DNA of 64,000 nt from Owenia fusiformis (lineage: Eukaryota): positions 11,656,001 through 11,720,000 of the forward strand of contig CAIIXF020000001.1 of the NCBI GenBank assembly GCA_903813345.2, in the 5' to 3' direction. The position numbers were made by a program, and so were the translations under genes. This document shows positions 40,901-55,900 of the stretch, one piece after another. How positions within the stretch are numbered: the first letter of the stretch is position 1; every line of letters begins with the position of its first letter. Under the pieces are notes generated by a model, which saw only the letters and a program-made list of their open reading frames with translations, searched no databases and had not been told where the DNA came from.

Positions 40901-43900
40901 CCAGAAGACAATAGCTTCATCATCAGAACTTTTTCCTCCATCAAGCTCCACACACTCCTTGGGTAGAGTAATTCTCTGGTCAGGCCCAGCATCGGCCACT
41001 GGGGGCTTATTGCTCTCTGAAACAACAAGAGGTTAAATAATTTGCAACACAAAATGAAAATTTTTACAAGCTGTATGCTATCATGTAAAGATATTGGTCT
41101 AGAGGACTAAGACCACAATTAAATATCTAAGCATAAGTGCCTAAGCATCTTGATTCACAAGGTTTCAGTTGCTCCACCTTGGAATTCGAAGATGTGCCGA
41201 AGGGAAAGGTCCAAACCCAAACCATGATCTAACATGAAAAGAAATAATGTCTAACACCCCCTTCTTCATACAATACATGTTGAAGAAAATTGATAGCCAA
41301 TAATCATAACATCAAAAATTTTAAATATCTCAAACCACTATGATCTTATACAGAAAAAACAATCTCCCTCCACAAGTATTCAAGAATTTGACTTACTTAT
41401 GACTGTGACCTTCATTCTGTCAGTATCATCAGCTTCATCAGCATCAGAGACAAACAGCTGGAACTCATACTCTCCAGGTATAGTCAGGCCACATATCTCT
41501 GTTTTCTCAGCTTCTTGGTCAGATATATCTGTCTTTGCTGGTCCTCTAGAAATTATGTGACATGTCATTGAATGAAACATAATTTCATTATGTCATAATA
41601 TACTTGGGCAAAGATTTCACTATGTTACCTTTAAAAAGAGGCTATTATATTGCTATTTATTTTTAAATTGAAATAATCAGCCAAAAATGGATTAATTCAT
41701 TAAAATGATCAGAAAAATGCCATACAAAAGGAGCAATGCTATTATGGTAAATGGGTGTAAACATAAACATCTTACCCTTTCTGTTCCCAAATGTAGAAAA
41801 CAATTGCCTCATCATCTGTAGATTCCTTGCCATCAACTATGACACAGTTCTCTGGTAGTGTAATAACCTGGTCTGCCCCTGCATCAGCCACAGGTGGGGC
41901 ATTGCCCTCTAAAATGGCAATCATGGGTTCATCAATATGGGACAAACAATTCATTGAATGGAGCATTGCCCTCTAAAATGGCAATCATGGGTTCATCAAT
42001 ATGGACAAACAATTCATTGAATGGGGCATTGCCCTATAAAATGGCAATTATGGGTTCATCAATATGGGACAAACAATTCATTGAATGGAGCATTGCCCTC
42101 TAAAATGGCAATCATGGGTTCATCAATATGGGACAAACAATTCATTGAATGGAGCATTGCCCTCTAATTTGGCAATCATGGGTTCATCAATATGGGACAA
42201 ACAATTCATTAAATGCAGCATTGCCCTCTAAAATGGCAATTATGGGTTCATCCATATGGGACAAACAATTCATTAAATGGAGCATTGCCCTCTAAAATGG
42301 CAATCATGGGTTCATCAATATGGGACAAACAATTCATTAAATGGAGCATTGCCCTCTAAAATGGCAATCATGGGTTCATCAATATGGGACAAACAATTCA
42401 TTAAATGGAGCATTGCCCTCTAAAATGGCAATCATGGGTTCATCAATATGGACAAACAATTCATTGAATGGAGCATTGCCCTCTAAAATGGCAATCATGG
42501 GTTCATCCATATGGGACAAACAATTCATTAAATGGAGGATTGCCCTCTAAAATGGCAATCATGGGTTCATCCATATGGGACAAACAATTCATTAAATGGA
42601 GCATTGCCCTCTAAAATGGAAATTATGGGTTCATCAATTTGGGACAAACAATTGAACAACTAAGAAAAGACAGCAAAATCAGTTTGGAATGACTATAACA
42701 GAAAAGTCAGATAGGATCCTAAGACTGCAAAACATATCATATTGTCATATAGAATCCAAGACAGGGACAATAAACAGTTTACAGAGTACAGAGTTAAGTA
42801 TTACAGAGACAGTAAACTTACTAATGACAGTGATAGTAACTGTATCAGTATCAGAGAGTTCATCCTCATCAAACACAATCAATTCAAAGATATATTCTCC
42901 AATCTCAAGGTTGCAGATTCCAGTCTTAGGTGTGTCTTCGGATTTAATCTTGGGTCTTGCAACACGACCAGGGGCACTGGAAATCAGAACGAAAATATAT
43001 AATGATGTTAACTTGGCCTTGTTCCTTCTTTTAATCCAATGATATGAATTGAAGTAGGTCTTACAAATATATACAAGGTCACCATGAATCGTTGACTGTA
43101 ATACATTAATAACATTCGGTTATTAACTATTCATTCAAGTTTTCAAATTTTCTTTTCTTGCATGATTATAGAAGAGTTTCAATATGAACCCATCAACAAC
43201 ATAAAGTGATACTAATAAATAATATAAACTTACGTTTGGAGTTCCCATCTCCAGAAGACAATCTGTTTATCATCTGTACTCTTTGAGCCATCAACGGTGA
43301 CACAGTCCTCAGGGCTGACAATCACCTTGTCCTTCCCTGCATTAGCTACAGGAGGTATCTTAGGATCTGCAAATGTAGGTTGGCAGACAAACTTTACATG
43401 TTATTAAACGAACTATACGAGAATCAAGTACATGTACTCGTACATGAAAATGCATTCAAGGTCTTTGAAGTGGATATCACTATGAAATGAGATATATGGA
43501 CCCATGGCTCTAATTTCATCAATATTTAATTTTCTATGTACTTTTTTCACACAATATAACTTGTACATTGATAGGGCACTACATATATTCAAAGTTTACA
43601 ACATTACATGTATGAAATGATCACAGATGATGACATCATATTTAAGTCACCTACTCTGAAATTTCAGAGTTCATTAAATTGATGAAGCTCTCTTTTAAAT
43701 AATTAAAATCAAACTATTGCAAATGGTAGAAATCAGCCAACCTTTTACAATGATTGTCATTGTGTCCTCATCGAATACTTCATCTTCATCAAAGACAACC
43801 AGTTTTATCTCATATTCTCCTGGTGTTGTGAGGCCGCATACCTCAGTTGTTGGTGAGTCCTCCTGGGCAAACTTTGCAGTCTCAGGACCACTGAAATATC

Positions 43901-46900
43901 ATAGTAATGGACTTAGTATAACTCTATTTCTAGAGGGCAATTTAAATATCCTCTGTCTTGATGATAATAGATTATTTCCAAGATTAACTTAAATAAATAG
44001 TATAAAACCAAATCACTTGGAGGTATATTAAAAGTAAATGAATGACAATTAACTTATGAAAAACAGAACTATAGATTTTAAGATGAGAGACCATTTTAAA
44101 CTTAGAGCATTTATACATATCAACATCATTATTATTATATGTCAGGGAAAGGATGGTCCACATTGATCAATCCCTTGCCACCGAATTCTGAACTCTTACC
44201 CCCTCCCCTTCCCAATAATTACATACTGTAACATGAACCACACAGGTTAATAGAGGAACAAACACTTGCAAATCCACACTAAGATTTAATAAAAGCAATA
44301 CCCAAGCTGCATCCACTGCCAGCGTACTACACCAATATCATCAGTGCTATTACTGCCATCTATTAGAGTGCATTCTATGGGTAAAACTATTGTTACATCA
44401 CCTATAACATTAACCACTGGTCCTTGGTTCACGCGCACTGTCAAAGCAATAATGGTGAGTTAGTACTATTATTTATACAGCAGTATTAATATAAGACTGT
44501 AAGTTATAAGCATTCATACAAGTTAGTATATATGGAAGTATATGAAAGTGGGACTCAATCACAGGTTTTACGATATTTCAAATGATTACTTAAGGACTCT
44601 ATAGTATAGGAAACGAAAGAAAGGCATTTGGTTGTTTTCTAAGATCCTACATGGTAAAGCAATAAGGAGCCTCAACCTCCCAACACATGGCTCAAGACAT
44701 CATACACCTTGTTCCTTAGATTTCTTCCCTCTTCATTTAAGAAGTGTGGATGATGTCTAAAGCCCTGCATTTGGAAGAAGAATAAGCTCAAAATTCTTTG
44801 GATGACACATTTTGCCAAGTATCAAGTAAAGGCAGTTTGTTGATATACGATCAATTTTTTAATGGCTAGACCAGTACAGTATACACTGATAGAGAGAACC
44901 TGTCCCTCTGTTTGGAATATATTTCCTCAGATTGGTCCACTGAGCTGAATTTAACCAGTTTTAACATCCCCTCTTTGTGAAAACTTTAAAAGTACTATAT
45001 GCACTATGTACTGTTTTCTCTACATGTTACGAATGCAGACTTAAGTCAAATGCTAAATATGGGGTTCTAAATGCCAAATATGGGGTTCTAAATGCCAAAT
45101 ATGGGGTTCTAAATGCCAAACGGGGATCTACATGTAAATGTCAAATTGGGGTCTAAATGCATAATGGGGGAGGATTCTGTCGAGATAAGGAATGAGTGCC
45201 CAAAATAATGGAATAGAAAAGTTCAAAAACGTTTGTTTCAAAGGTAGAATTAGTCTTTCATCAATGTACAAGTATAAGCCCCTCCTAAAGCTATAAATAT
45301 TAAGGTTGTCACTACAGGATTAACTGTAAAGCTACTTGTCTTGAAAATCAACCCAAGCCTTGTGAATTAAGTCTAACCTCAATTGTTCCCATATCCAAAA
45401 TACTATTTGAACATCATCTGTACTCTTGGTTCCATCAAGTGTAACACATTCTTTAGGAACAGTGATTTCTTGATCTGGGCCAGCATTGGCAATGGGGGGC
45501 AGATTCTCCTCTATAAGCACAGTTTTTGTTGTTCAAAAGAGCTCAGTTTTGATGTGGTCGCATTCACATTATTATGAATAATAATAATGAATAATGAAAA
45601 ACACAATTTCAGACATTTGCTTCCTTAAGTTACTTCTTAAAGTTATGATGACAGATTTGTCTTAAAACTTATAATAGCCAGATATTTGAAAGATTTCCAA
45701 ATTCCAAATCTTCCTAAGACTTACTGATTACTCTAATTTTCAAGGTATCCATATCATCCATTTCATCTTCGTCAAATGCAATCAATTTTATAGTGTACTC
45801 CCCAGGGGTACTAAGACCACAAAGTTTGGTCTTTGGGTTTTCTGGCTTCGAGAATACTCCCGTCTCTGGCCCATCAAGCTGTTCCCATATCCAGAAGACA
45901 ATCCCTTTGTCGTCACTGCTCTTTGTACCATCCAGGTCAACACAGTCCTCAGGCAGAGTAATCTCAATGTCTGGACCTGCTACTGCTACAGGTGGCTGGT
46001 TGGGATCTAGTATAGAAATAATCACATATTGGTGTCTTTGTATTGTAGAGTTATGTTGTGGAATGATCTCAAGTCCCGATATGCTCAAACGTGTAAATAT
46101 TCAAATAATGATACCTCCATGACATGAAAGTGAAATATAACAGTACAGCATTAAAAAATTGATGAACATAAAAAAGGTGTGAAATCTCTGAATTGCAAGA
46201 GAATTTTTCTGTCAACAAGCTAACTTGCATTGAGTTCTAAAAATAGGATGTTTGCACCCTACATGAACCCTTTTTGCACCAAATAAAAATGAGAAACATC
46301 ATGAAAAATTGCTACATTTTGACCAACTTGGACAAAACTGTGCTAATTGAGAATATCTGAGGAGCACCTGGGGAATGATGCTTACTTATAACTGTAACTT
46401 TGACTGTATCAGATGAGTCTCTTTCATCTTCATCAAACACCCTAAGGATGAACTCATATTCCCCAACACCAGTGAACCCACACACTGTGACAACTGCCTC
46501 ATCCTCTTTAGACAGAGTCAAAGATGGTGCATCCCTAAAAAACATCAACATTTTATTGAAAATTATTGATAAAGGACTGTCTTTCTTTTTTTGATAATTG
46601 AGGAGAATAGAATAGAGTTTTTCACTACCATTCTCGATAAATTGGATCACATAATAAGCCTTTGATATGATGGCAGTTTAGATACTTCAATATAATAACG
46701 TCCTTTTATTTTAATTAAAAATGGTTCTGATCCTTAAAAAATTCTGAATAATCTGTAACTAATCCATCAATAGTCTTTGTGACAAACCTTTTCTGTAAAA
46801 TTCAGACCTTAAACTAATTGCTTTATTGAAAATTGTATAAGCCAAGCCACTTATAAAATGAGCAATTTTCTCAGGATGTTGGTAATTTCAAGTATGAACT

Positions 46901-49900
46901 TAATTTAGCTGTGGTTGAATATGTTTTAATGACTTACTCTGAGAGTATTTCCCATATCCAAAAGACAATAGCTTTATCATCAGTACTGGCTGTACCATCA
47001 AGATCCACACAGTCATCAGTAACAGTTATCTCCCTATCAGGTCCAGCATCAGCAACAGGAGGCTCATTGGCTTCTGTGCAAATAAACATAATGCAAATAC
47101 ATGTTTGTAGACTTGCAATATTAAACTATGCTGTGAAAGTACTCACTGATTGGAACTACATCAACACTTGCAAACGTGGGTGGGCTACAGGGTGGGGTAC
47201 TTGTAACTTATGATCCCAAAAGCACCATAAGCTATAATAGAGGTCTTATAGGGGTTCATAAGTTAGTTTTATGCATGCACAATTTGCCAACATCGATGAA
47301 AATATATATAATGTTTTACATTCTTTTTATCTCTAATGAGTCAGCATACTTTGGTACAAATATTTAACACTGTACATGTTTCGTAGTCACTAATTATGAT
47401 TCTGGATTTGGATTTTATCCCCAGAAATACCTAAAAATGGTCTCTTGATGTCCATGTATACAATAAATACATTCCATCTTCTTCTGATGCAATGACTTTT
47501 CATCATCACTTTTTCATTTCATTTACCAAATACATTGCTCTCGCTTTACACAAATCTACAGTGAAGTTAACATTAAAAATGTTAACTTACTTAGAGCTTT
47601 GATTTTTACAGCATCTTTATCCAGTAACTTGTCCTCATCATAGACAGTCAGTTCAAACTCATATTCTCCTGGTTGGTTGAGTCCCTCTAGCAATGGTTGA
47701 GCAGCATCTTTAGGTTCAATGAACACTGGAGAGGGGCCCCTAGAAATATGCAATGAAACCCATATAGGCTGTACATGTACACATGACATGTCTCTCACTT
47801 AATTCATCCTTGTATACTATCAATATGCTTAATAAAAAAAACACTTTTATATTTCACTCTAAATATTCGGACTTGGAATGTTAAACAAGTGAGTGCTCCA
47901 CTTATTTGAGACCTAGCACTATCTAGTATGACAATATAAAGATGCACAATCATCTTTAAAATATGCTTAAAATATAAGTTGTAGGGTATTAAGGTATTTT
48001 TATTTTAAAAGTGTCCCTGAAGCATCATACCTCGATAATGATACAATGTTCCAATATTTAGTAATTACTGTTTATTCTTCACTTGATATTTTTTTCAGTT
48101 GCATTCAATGTTATTTTACTTTTGGGACACTCTTACATCATATTCATACCCAATTTGTTCCCAAGAATATATGACAATCTTGAGGTCATCTGTGCTTGCT
48201 GTGCCATCAAGGTAGAGGTCTTCCTCTAGTGGAAGTTGAAGTTCCCTATCTTCACCTGCATTTGCTACAGGGGGAATCAGCGGTCGCTTGGTGGCCTGAA
48301 TTTCTAAATAAATAAATTCAACTTGTAAAGGCTCAAGATTTACTTTCACAGTTGTCTGCTGTCGTACAAAACATAGTTATTCAGAAATAGCAGATGAAAT
48401 GCCCCAAAATAGTAAATGATCTACACAGATCAGTTAATTCCAGCTTAACTCCTTTATGACTGAAAATTTTGGGGAAAGTGGAAAGAAATGAAAAACTGAA
48501 ATGTAAATGAATCTAGAAGCAAGAAAAGGAAGCAACACCCAATAAGTTATATGTCATTTTGAAGGGCTATACCCATACTTTATTTTTTTTTGAAAAAAAA
48601 TATGAATATGCAAATGAGATAGTGTCATTGTGATGTCATAATTCAAGATGGCGCAGTTGGATTTTTTTTAAAATGGAATTATTTTAGCATTTAATTTTTT
48701 ATTGAGACTTCAATTTAAAAATCTGAAAACACAGAATTATAGATCTTCTTATGCTGATTTCAGTGGTATTTGTACTATGACATAACTCCTACAAATAATT
48801 TTTTTAGAGCTTCGAGACTGCAAATTCTTGGAAAATCCCTATGGCGATTTAACATGGGATTTTATCGTTTTCGATACTTTTTCGCGACATGTCAGATTCA
48901 AGTGCCTCTAACTTTGCACAGAGTCATCAGATTCAAACAATCTTTTTTTTAAAATGTTCCTACTGGTCCATTCTTTTAGAAAATGCATTATTCTTGCAGT
49001 TTTATTGAAATAAGGCCCCTGGAGACCCCTTAGAATAGCAAGAAACAAAATCGATCATATATGATCGATTTTGTTCTAAGGGGTCTCCAAGGGACCCCTG
49101 ATGATAAAAATGCATGATTTATCAATTTATTTAATCCTGAAGTCTGTACAAACATTTTAAAAAAAAGTTCATGACTTTTCGTTAAGTATTTACAAAGTTA
49201 CAGTGATCCAAAGATGGTTAGCGCGCGAAAAATTGCGAAAACGATAAAATCCCCTGTTAAATCGCCATAGGGATTTTCCGAGAATTTGCAGTCTCGAAGC
49301 TCTAAAAAATTTATTTGTAGGAGTTATGTCATGGTATAAATACCACTGAAATCAGCATAAGAAGATCTATAATTCTGCGTTTCCAGATTTTTAAATTGAA
49401 GTCTCAATAAAAAATTAAATGCTAAAATAATTATATTTTGAAAAAAATCCAACTGCGCCATCTTGAATTATGACGTCACAATGACACTATCTCATTTGCA
49501 TATTCACATTTTTTTCAAAAAACATAAAGTATGGGTATAGCCCTTCAAAATGACATAAAACTTATTGGGTGTTGCTTCCTTTTCTTGCTTCTAGATTCAT
49601 TTACATTTCAGTTTTTCATTTCTTTCCATTTTCCCCAAAATTGTCAGTCATGAAGGAGTTAAATATCTTAGGGCTATTATATTTCTAACTCATTTTACAC
49701 ATACATGTATATTGTAACAATTATATTATATCATCCATTAATTATTATAAGAAACATAATTACATATTTCCCACACACAAACTAAAGAGTAAATCTTTTC
49801 TATAAGCCATCTCATCTTCCTTGAACATCATGAAAAATAGTTAAACAATTCACCTGCACAAAAAGTGTTAACAATGGCAGACTGAATCTTTTTCAGGTCC

Positions 49901-52900
49901 TCAAAGTCATCAACAAGAAATCTGTTTTTCTCAATAGGGGGTGTTGCTAATCCATCCAACTCATCTGATTGGCCACTTAGACCAATGCCCACAGCGAAGA
50001 TGTGAATACCTAAAGCACGTGCAGCTCTAGCCTCTGGTAAGGTTCGTCTCCTGTTTACATTAGAGACGCCATCAGTCACAACAATAGCTATATTAGGAAC
50101 ATCTGAAATGCAAAGACACACAGTGACAAATATTGCACTTAGAAAAGACACACAGTGACAAATATTGCACTTAGTAAAGACACACAGTGACAAATATTGC
50201 ACTTAGAAAAGACACACAGTGACAAATATTGCACTTAGAAAAGACACACAGTGACAAATCTTGCACTAAGAAGAGCAAAATGGCTGCCATGTAATTTTCC
50301 AAGCATGCCCTAAATCTAATCAGATCTTGGTACTAAGCTTGAAGGAAATGTAGATTGTCACTCGACTTTTTGGTGATTTTGAAGTCATGTCTGCACTTCA
50401 CAGTTCAAAATCAACTCTGTAGTTATTTGACTACCACCTTCTAATTTGCCTCACTGACCTTTTATCATTTCTCAAACATATTCTCTCAAAATCAGGAAAT
50501 TAGGTTCCTGAGTGGGGGAATTTTGCAGGGAATTTCAGTCACAAAAAGTAATGAGTGACAACTTACACTTCCTCCAAGTGTAGTCTGCTCTTGGAAATGT
50601 AAAAATTTCATGTTGAGTGTGTGTGTATACTTAGTTTTCCTTGAATTCTGCAGACAAAAGTGGCATCTGCTCACCCACCCAGAAGCACATAAAGACAATA
50701 TAGCACTTTGATAAAAGTTAACAATAGACCAAAGTTAGATAAGTGAATTTATTAACAGTCTACAATCATTTCTATGGAGAAATCCAGAATATGAGAGAAT
50801 TAAATGTATAAAAATAGAATTAATGTACCTGGTCTGTCGCCATTAGCCTCAGTAAACATTTCTCTGTACATTTCAAGTAAGCCATCAGCTGTATTGGTAC
50901 TTCCGTATAAGTAAGGAATTGATCTGTAATAACAAACACAACATACCTAAACACGACAATAGTATCAGGTATCAGTATCAGGTGATAATTTAGCTACTTA
51001 TACTTTCCTTATTCATTAAATAAATACTATCTAGGCATTTTCAATAGATTCAACGGTAGGTCCAAAATACTGTAATTTTAATATGTTTATATACATGTAT
51101 TTTTATTGCCAACATAGATGTATATCTTTTTCTTTGTTTAACATAAAAATATATCCTTATTACTCGATATGTCTTAAGATCCAGAAGGTGTACTTTATAC
51201 AGTATTTTATTTATTCATACAAATGTTTTTTCAATATTCTTTCCAAATTTTTATTATTCAGGGTAGCAGGCCTGTTGTTTTAGATTCTAAGCCTATATAA
51301 AATAATTCATAGCTTAAAACCAGAAGTGATTACAATGTGTTGAACCTCAAGTGAGAAGTGCACCAAAAGCACTTTTTATAGAATTTCTTTTTCACTTTCA
51401 TGCTGAGGCTCTGATTATCAACTATAATCCAAATTAACTAGGTCATGTCATTTGAAATATTGTTTAGATTTAGATTTATATAGTTTGGCACTAAACAAAT
51501 AAAGTGAAGTGGAATTTTAACAACATGCACATGTATTGTTTTTTCAATGCAGGCTTATTATCATTTTTGTAACTTTTTTGCATAAAGATTCCTGGGCGAT
51601 GACACAATAGTACAATGGCCAAATGAACTCCAACTATTATGTAGGCTGGAATTGTGAAAAAGTGAATTCTGCACAGTATTTTGTTAATTTTTTGAATAAA
51701 TATCATGTATAGCCACTGATTTATTTATATTATATTATAATAAAATGGTTATGACAGAATAAAACAAGGTATTAACATGCAAAATGTCACCACCTACCAT
51801 TTGTTACAGATGCCAACCGCCACCTGCCAAATGCTGGAGAATAGGTGGTGGCGACATAAAAACCAAAATATTTTCAGTTATATGGATTATACTTTACCCG
51901 ATAGCATTGAGCAGACTTTCAAGTTTATTATATTCGTTCAGATTGAAATGAACTTTTACACGGCTACTGTAAGTCAATGCACCAACACGCACATTACCGC
52001 CATCTATGTTCTGTGAAGATACTATGTTTTCAAGGAATCTCAACTGAAAATAAAGAAATTCTCATTTAAAGATGACATTTATGCTGTTCGACAAAAAGAA
52101 GCTACAAATGATACAGATGTTTCACTTGTGCATAGTTTCAAGTTTCATTTATTTCATATATAATCCCTTGATTTTAAAGTTAATTTGGCAAGTGTGTCCA
52201 CTGTTTACAAGCTAAAGAATTAAACATTTCTGCATCTTTAATCTAATATTTGACAAAATCTCTCTTCTTTTCTGATTTCAAGTGATCACAAGGAACACAC
52301 CAGCATTTGGATAGAAAATATTGCTTTCAATATTGTAAACTTTCTGTGCTTTCTTTTTAATAATCAAATCGCGAAATTATTACTCAATATTTCTAAAGGT
52401 AATTCACTGTAGTTTTTTTGCTAGATCTAAGCCAAATGAATAAATATATCTCGCTATAGAACATGCTTTAAAGAATTACGAATTTCCCAACTTCAATTAA
52501 AAGCAAAGTTATGATTTGAATATTTTTATTTATTATTTTTTTTTTTTATTTATTTATTTATTAGGATAAAACGCTTTTACAACAGCGGCACTACTAAAAT
52601 TTAGTGTGCATCCAAAGAGACTAAAACACATACATACAATAGGTTAAAATCATTAAAAATACATTTCCTTTAAAAATTCGTAAACACATTTCTCAAATTT
52701 ATTTATTTGGTCCTGCCCCCATGTGCCTATGTAAAGTGAATCACCAATAATCCATTGTAGCTTATCATTAAGGCTCGCTGATAAGTATTCACCTACAAGG
52801 GCAACGTCACATGAAGAGATTAAATTGTTAATGAATAGGTTTCTTTTATCCTGGAGGACGGGGCAAAGGAACAGGCGATGGGACATAGAGTCATAAGAAT

Positions 52901-55900
52901 TGGAGGGGCATAATTTACAAAAGCCATCACTTTTATTCCACCTTTTAAGGTCTGATTCTAATTTAAAGCAACCCGACCTGGCTAAGAATTTTTGTCTTGC
53001 TCCTTGGAAGTTGAATGGTTTTTTTAGGTATTCTTCTTGAAAGACATGTCTCTTAACATTTCTATAAAGGGATAGGGATGGCCTGTCGCAAATTGATGAA
53101 AACAATTCCTTAGTAGTAATTTCGTTGGAAATATTGAGAAAGGATGAGTACCATTCTTCAGAATTAACATTTAATTTATTATCGAGCCCATGGTGCACTA
53201 ATATATTTGCTATGTTAGAAACATACTTCCAATTAGATTCTTTATTTATTGAATATGATTCCAAGAGGGCAGATAAAACCTTAGATACTAGGGTTTGTGA
53301 GTTTTTATTCTTTAGATAGCAGAAATAGTCAATTTGACGTTTTTGAAAGATCTTTTCAATTGGACGCCAGCCCATATCACAGACAAGGGCTTCATAAGCT
53401 GGGGAACACTTAAGGCTAAGAATGGATAAACCAGCTTGGTATTGATACGACTTTAAATTTTTCTTCATTTCGCTTGTGTTTGGAAGGAAGACTCCTGCTC
53501 CATGCAATATTGAAGGAAGGAACATGTTATTATACATGGTGTTACCAAATTGAATTCGTTGGATATTACAATGTTTGTTGAGGGTTGAGGTTATATAACC
53601 TTTGAGCTTTTTTGATTTTAAACCAAGAATATTATTAATATGGTGCGAGTCTTTCAGTGTTTTGTCAAAATAAACGCCAAGGTACTTATATGTTTTTACT
53701 TCATTGAGGGAGAGCTCACCAAGCTTCCAAACTTTATGTTTGTTAACTTTTCCACCTATGATCATAACTTTAGACTTTTTTGAGCTGAAACTAAACCCCC
53801 ATTTTTTACCAAATTCGTTTGTAATATCAAGCATTCTACAGAGATCAGATTCGCTGGTAGCTGTGAGGACGATGTCATCTGCAAAAAGCAATGCGGGTAG
53901 AGTTATATCTTTGAAAGGGATACCCATATCATTTTCGATCAGGCTGTCAATCAAATCGGTCATAATTACAGTAAATAGAGGAGGTGAGAGTACACATCCC
54001 TGTTTTAGGCCAGATTCAACTTCGAAACATTCAATACCAAAATTACCAAATATAACTTTGTTTTTGACACATGCGTATAGATTTTTCAATACACGCCAGG
54101 CTTTGCCCTGGATTCCTTTCTTCCAAAGAGATATAAAGAGTTGTTCACGGTCAATAACGTCAAAGGCTTTCGATATATCGATGAAAGCTAGATAAGTCTT
54201 TTGATTTTTATCCCTACGGAGACTACATATACCTTAAAGAGTGAAAATATTGTCTTCCAGACGCCTACCTTTACGGAAGGCACCATGGTAGTCACCAAGC
54301 AGATTATTTTCTTCTAGGAAGGTCATTATTTCCGTTTCTAAAATGCTAGCATATAGTTTATACAGGTTGGACGTGATTGTGATGCCTCGGTAATTACCTA
54401 ATTCTTTACGATCATTATCTTTATGAATGGGGTTAATGGTTCCTTCATACCAATCATCTGGGATAGTTTCCATAAGTTTGAAAAAGTTAAACAATTTTGA
54501 AATGGAAGAAACTATAGAGTCCCCGCCATTTTTCAAAAATTCATTGGGAATATGATCATTGCCGCTTGCCTTTCCATTTTTCAAGTTATTGATTTTCCTC
54601 AAAACTTCTGCTTCGGATATGATAAAATGGTTCAAACAATTTGGAGAAAATTTGGTTTCACTTTCAAGTTTATTTAGTTCATCAGACAGATTGGTCTTGA
54701 CATAGTTGGGGTTTCTACTTTTGGGTCCGACATTTGCCCAATATTTGCCAATCGTATGGGAAACTAATTTGGGGTCGTCAATCGTAGAGTTGGGGTTAAA
54801 TGGGTCAATGATTTCATTTGGGAATTTACTTTTAGCATTAAACATTTGGAGGGTTCGCCAAAAAGATCTAGATGATGAAGATTTACGTAGTGAATTTTTG
54901 GTAATAGTTTTGATATGATTCTTCACATGACGTTCCCTTATAAGGTCCTTTACTTTATTTTTACGATCTAAGTAGGACTCCCATAATGTTAAAATAACAT
55001 TTGGGTCAACAGATTTGACTTTACTCATATATCTATGAAGACGACACGCATCTTTACGACTTTTGATCAGGACTTTTAATTCATCATCCCAAAAGTGGCG
55101 GAGTTTAGGGTTAATAAGGCTTCTACCAATAGTTGTATCTGCAACCTCAGTTAGAATAGTTTTCCAGCTTTTCCACGCTTCATTGACATTACTAAAATCA
55201 TTTAGTGACCAATTTGAGAGTTTATCAGATAACATTTCGCGGAAAGAAGTCCAATCTGTTATTCGTGTTAGGTTGTGAAATGAAATGATTTGTTTATTGT
55301 TTTTAACTGAAACAATTCGTTTTTTGTTTTAATTCTATATTGTTTTTTAATTCCTGGTACAAAAGTTTAACACATTGAAAAATGTCATTCTGAGAAAGTC
55401 CAAAAGTGTTACATTTTATGAACAAAAGTTTTATATTGTACATATATACTACACTGTACTCATATCAGGATTGATGAAGGCTTTTACCTGTTCTTGGAAA
55501 TTTCCCTTGCCTACACTTGTTGATGAATCCACAACAAATACAACATCAGCCTTCACATCACAGCCTAGAGCTGGTTGAGGGGTAGGTGGGGCCAAACCTG
55601 AAAACAACTTGAATATATAACACATCACAGCCTAGAGCTGGTTTATGGGTAGATGGGGCCAATACTGTAAACGAAGTTGAATAAATAACACATCACAGCC
55701 TAGAGCTGGTTGAGGGGTAGGTGGGGCCAATCCTGAAGACAAAGTTGTATATATATAACACAACACAGCGTATACGCATAAAGCTGGTTTAGGGGTGGGT
55801 GGCGCCAATCCTGAAAGTTGTATATATATATAACACATCACAGCGTAGAGCTGGTTTAGGGGAATGTGGAGCCAAACCTGAAAACAAAGTTGAATATATA

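Noticed and set aside
42689-47213. Plus-strand Ser/Thr-rich ORFs
   Set aside because: Antisense shadows of the acidic PKD exons.
54234-54236. Programmed readthrough or two-ORF organisation in the LINE
   Set aside because: The stop lies inside the RT domain; a simple nonsense mutation or sequencing error is more likely.
53125-55278. Plus-strand ORFs up to 163 aa
   Set aside because: Antisense shadows of the LINE reverse transcriptase frame.
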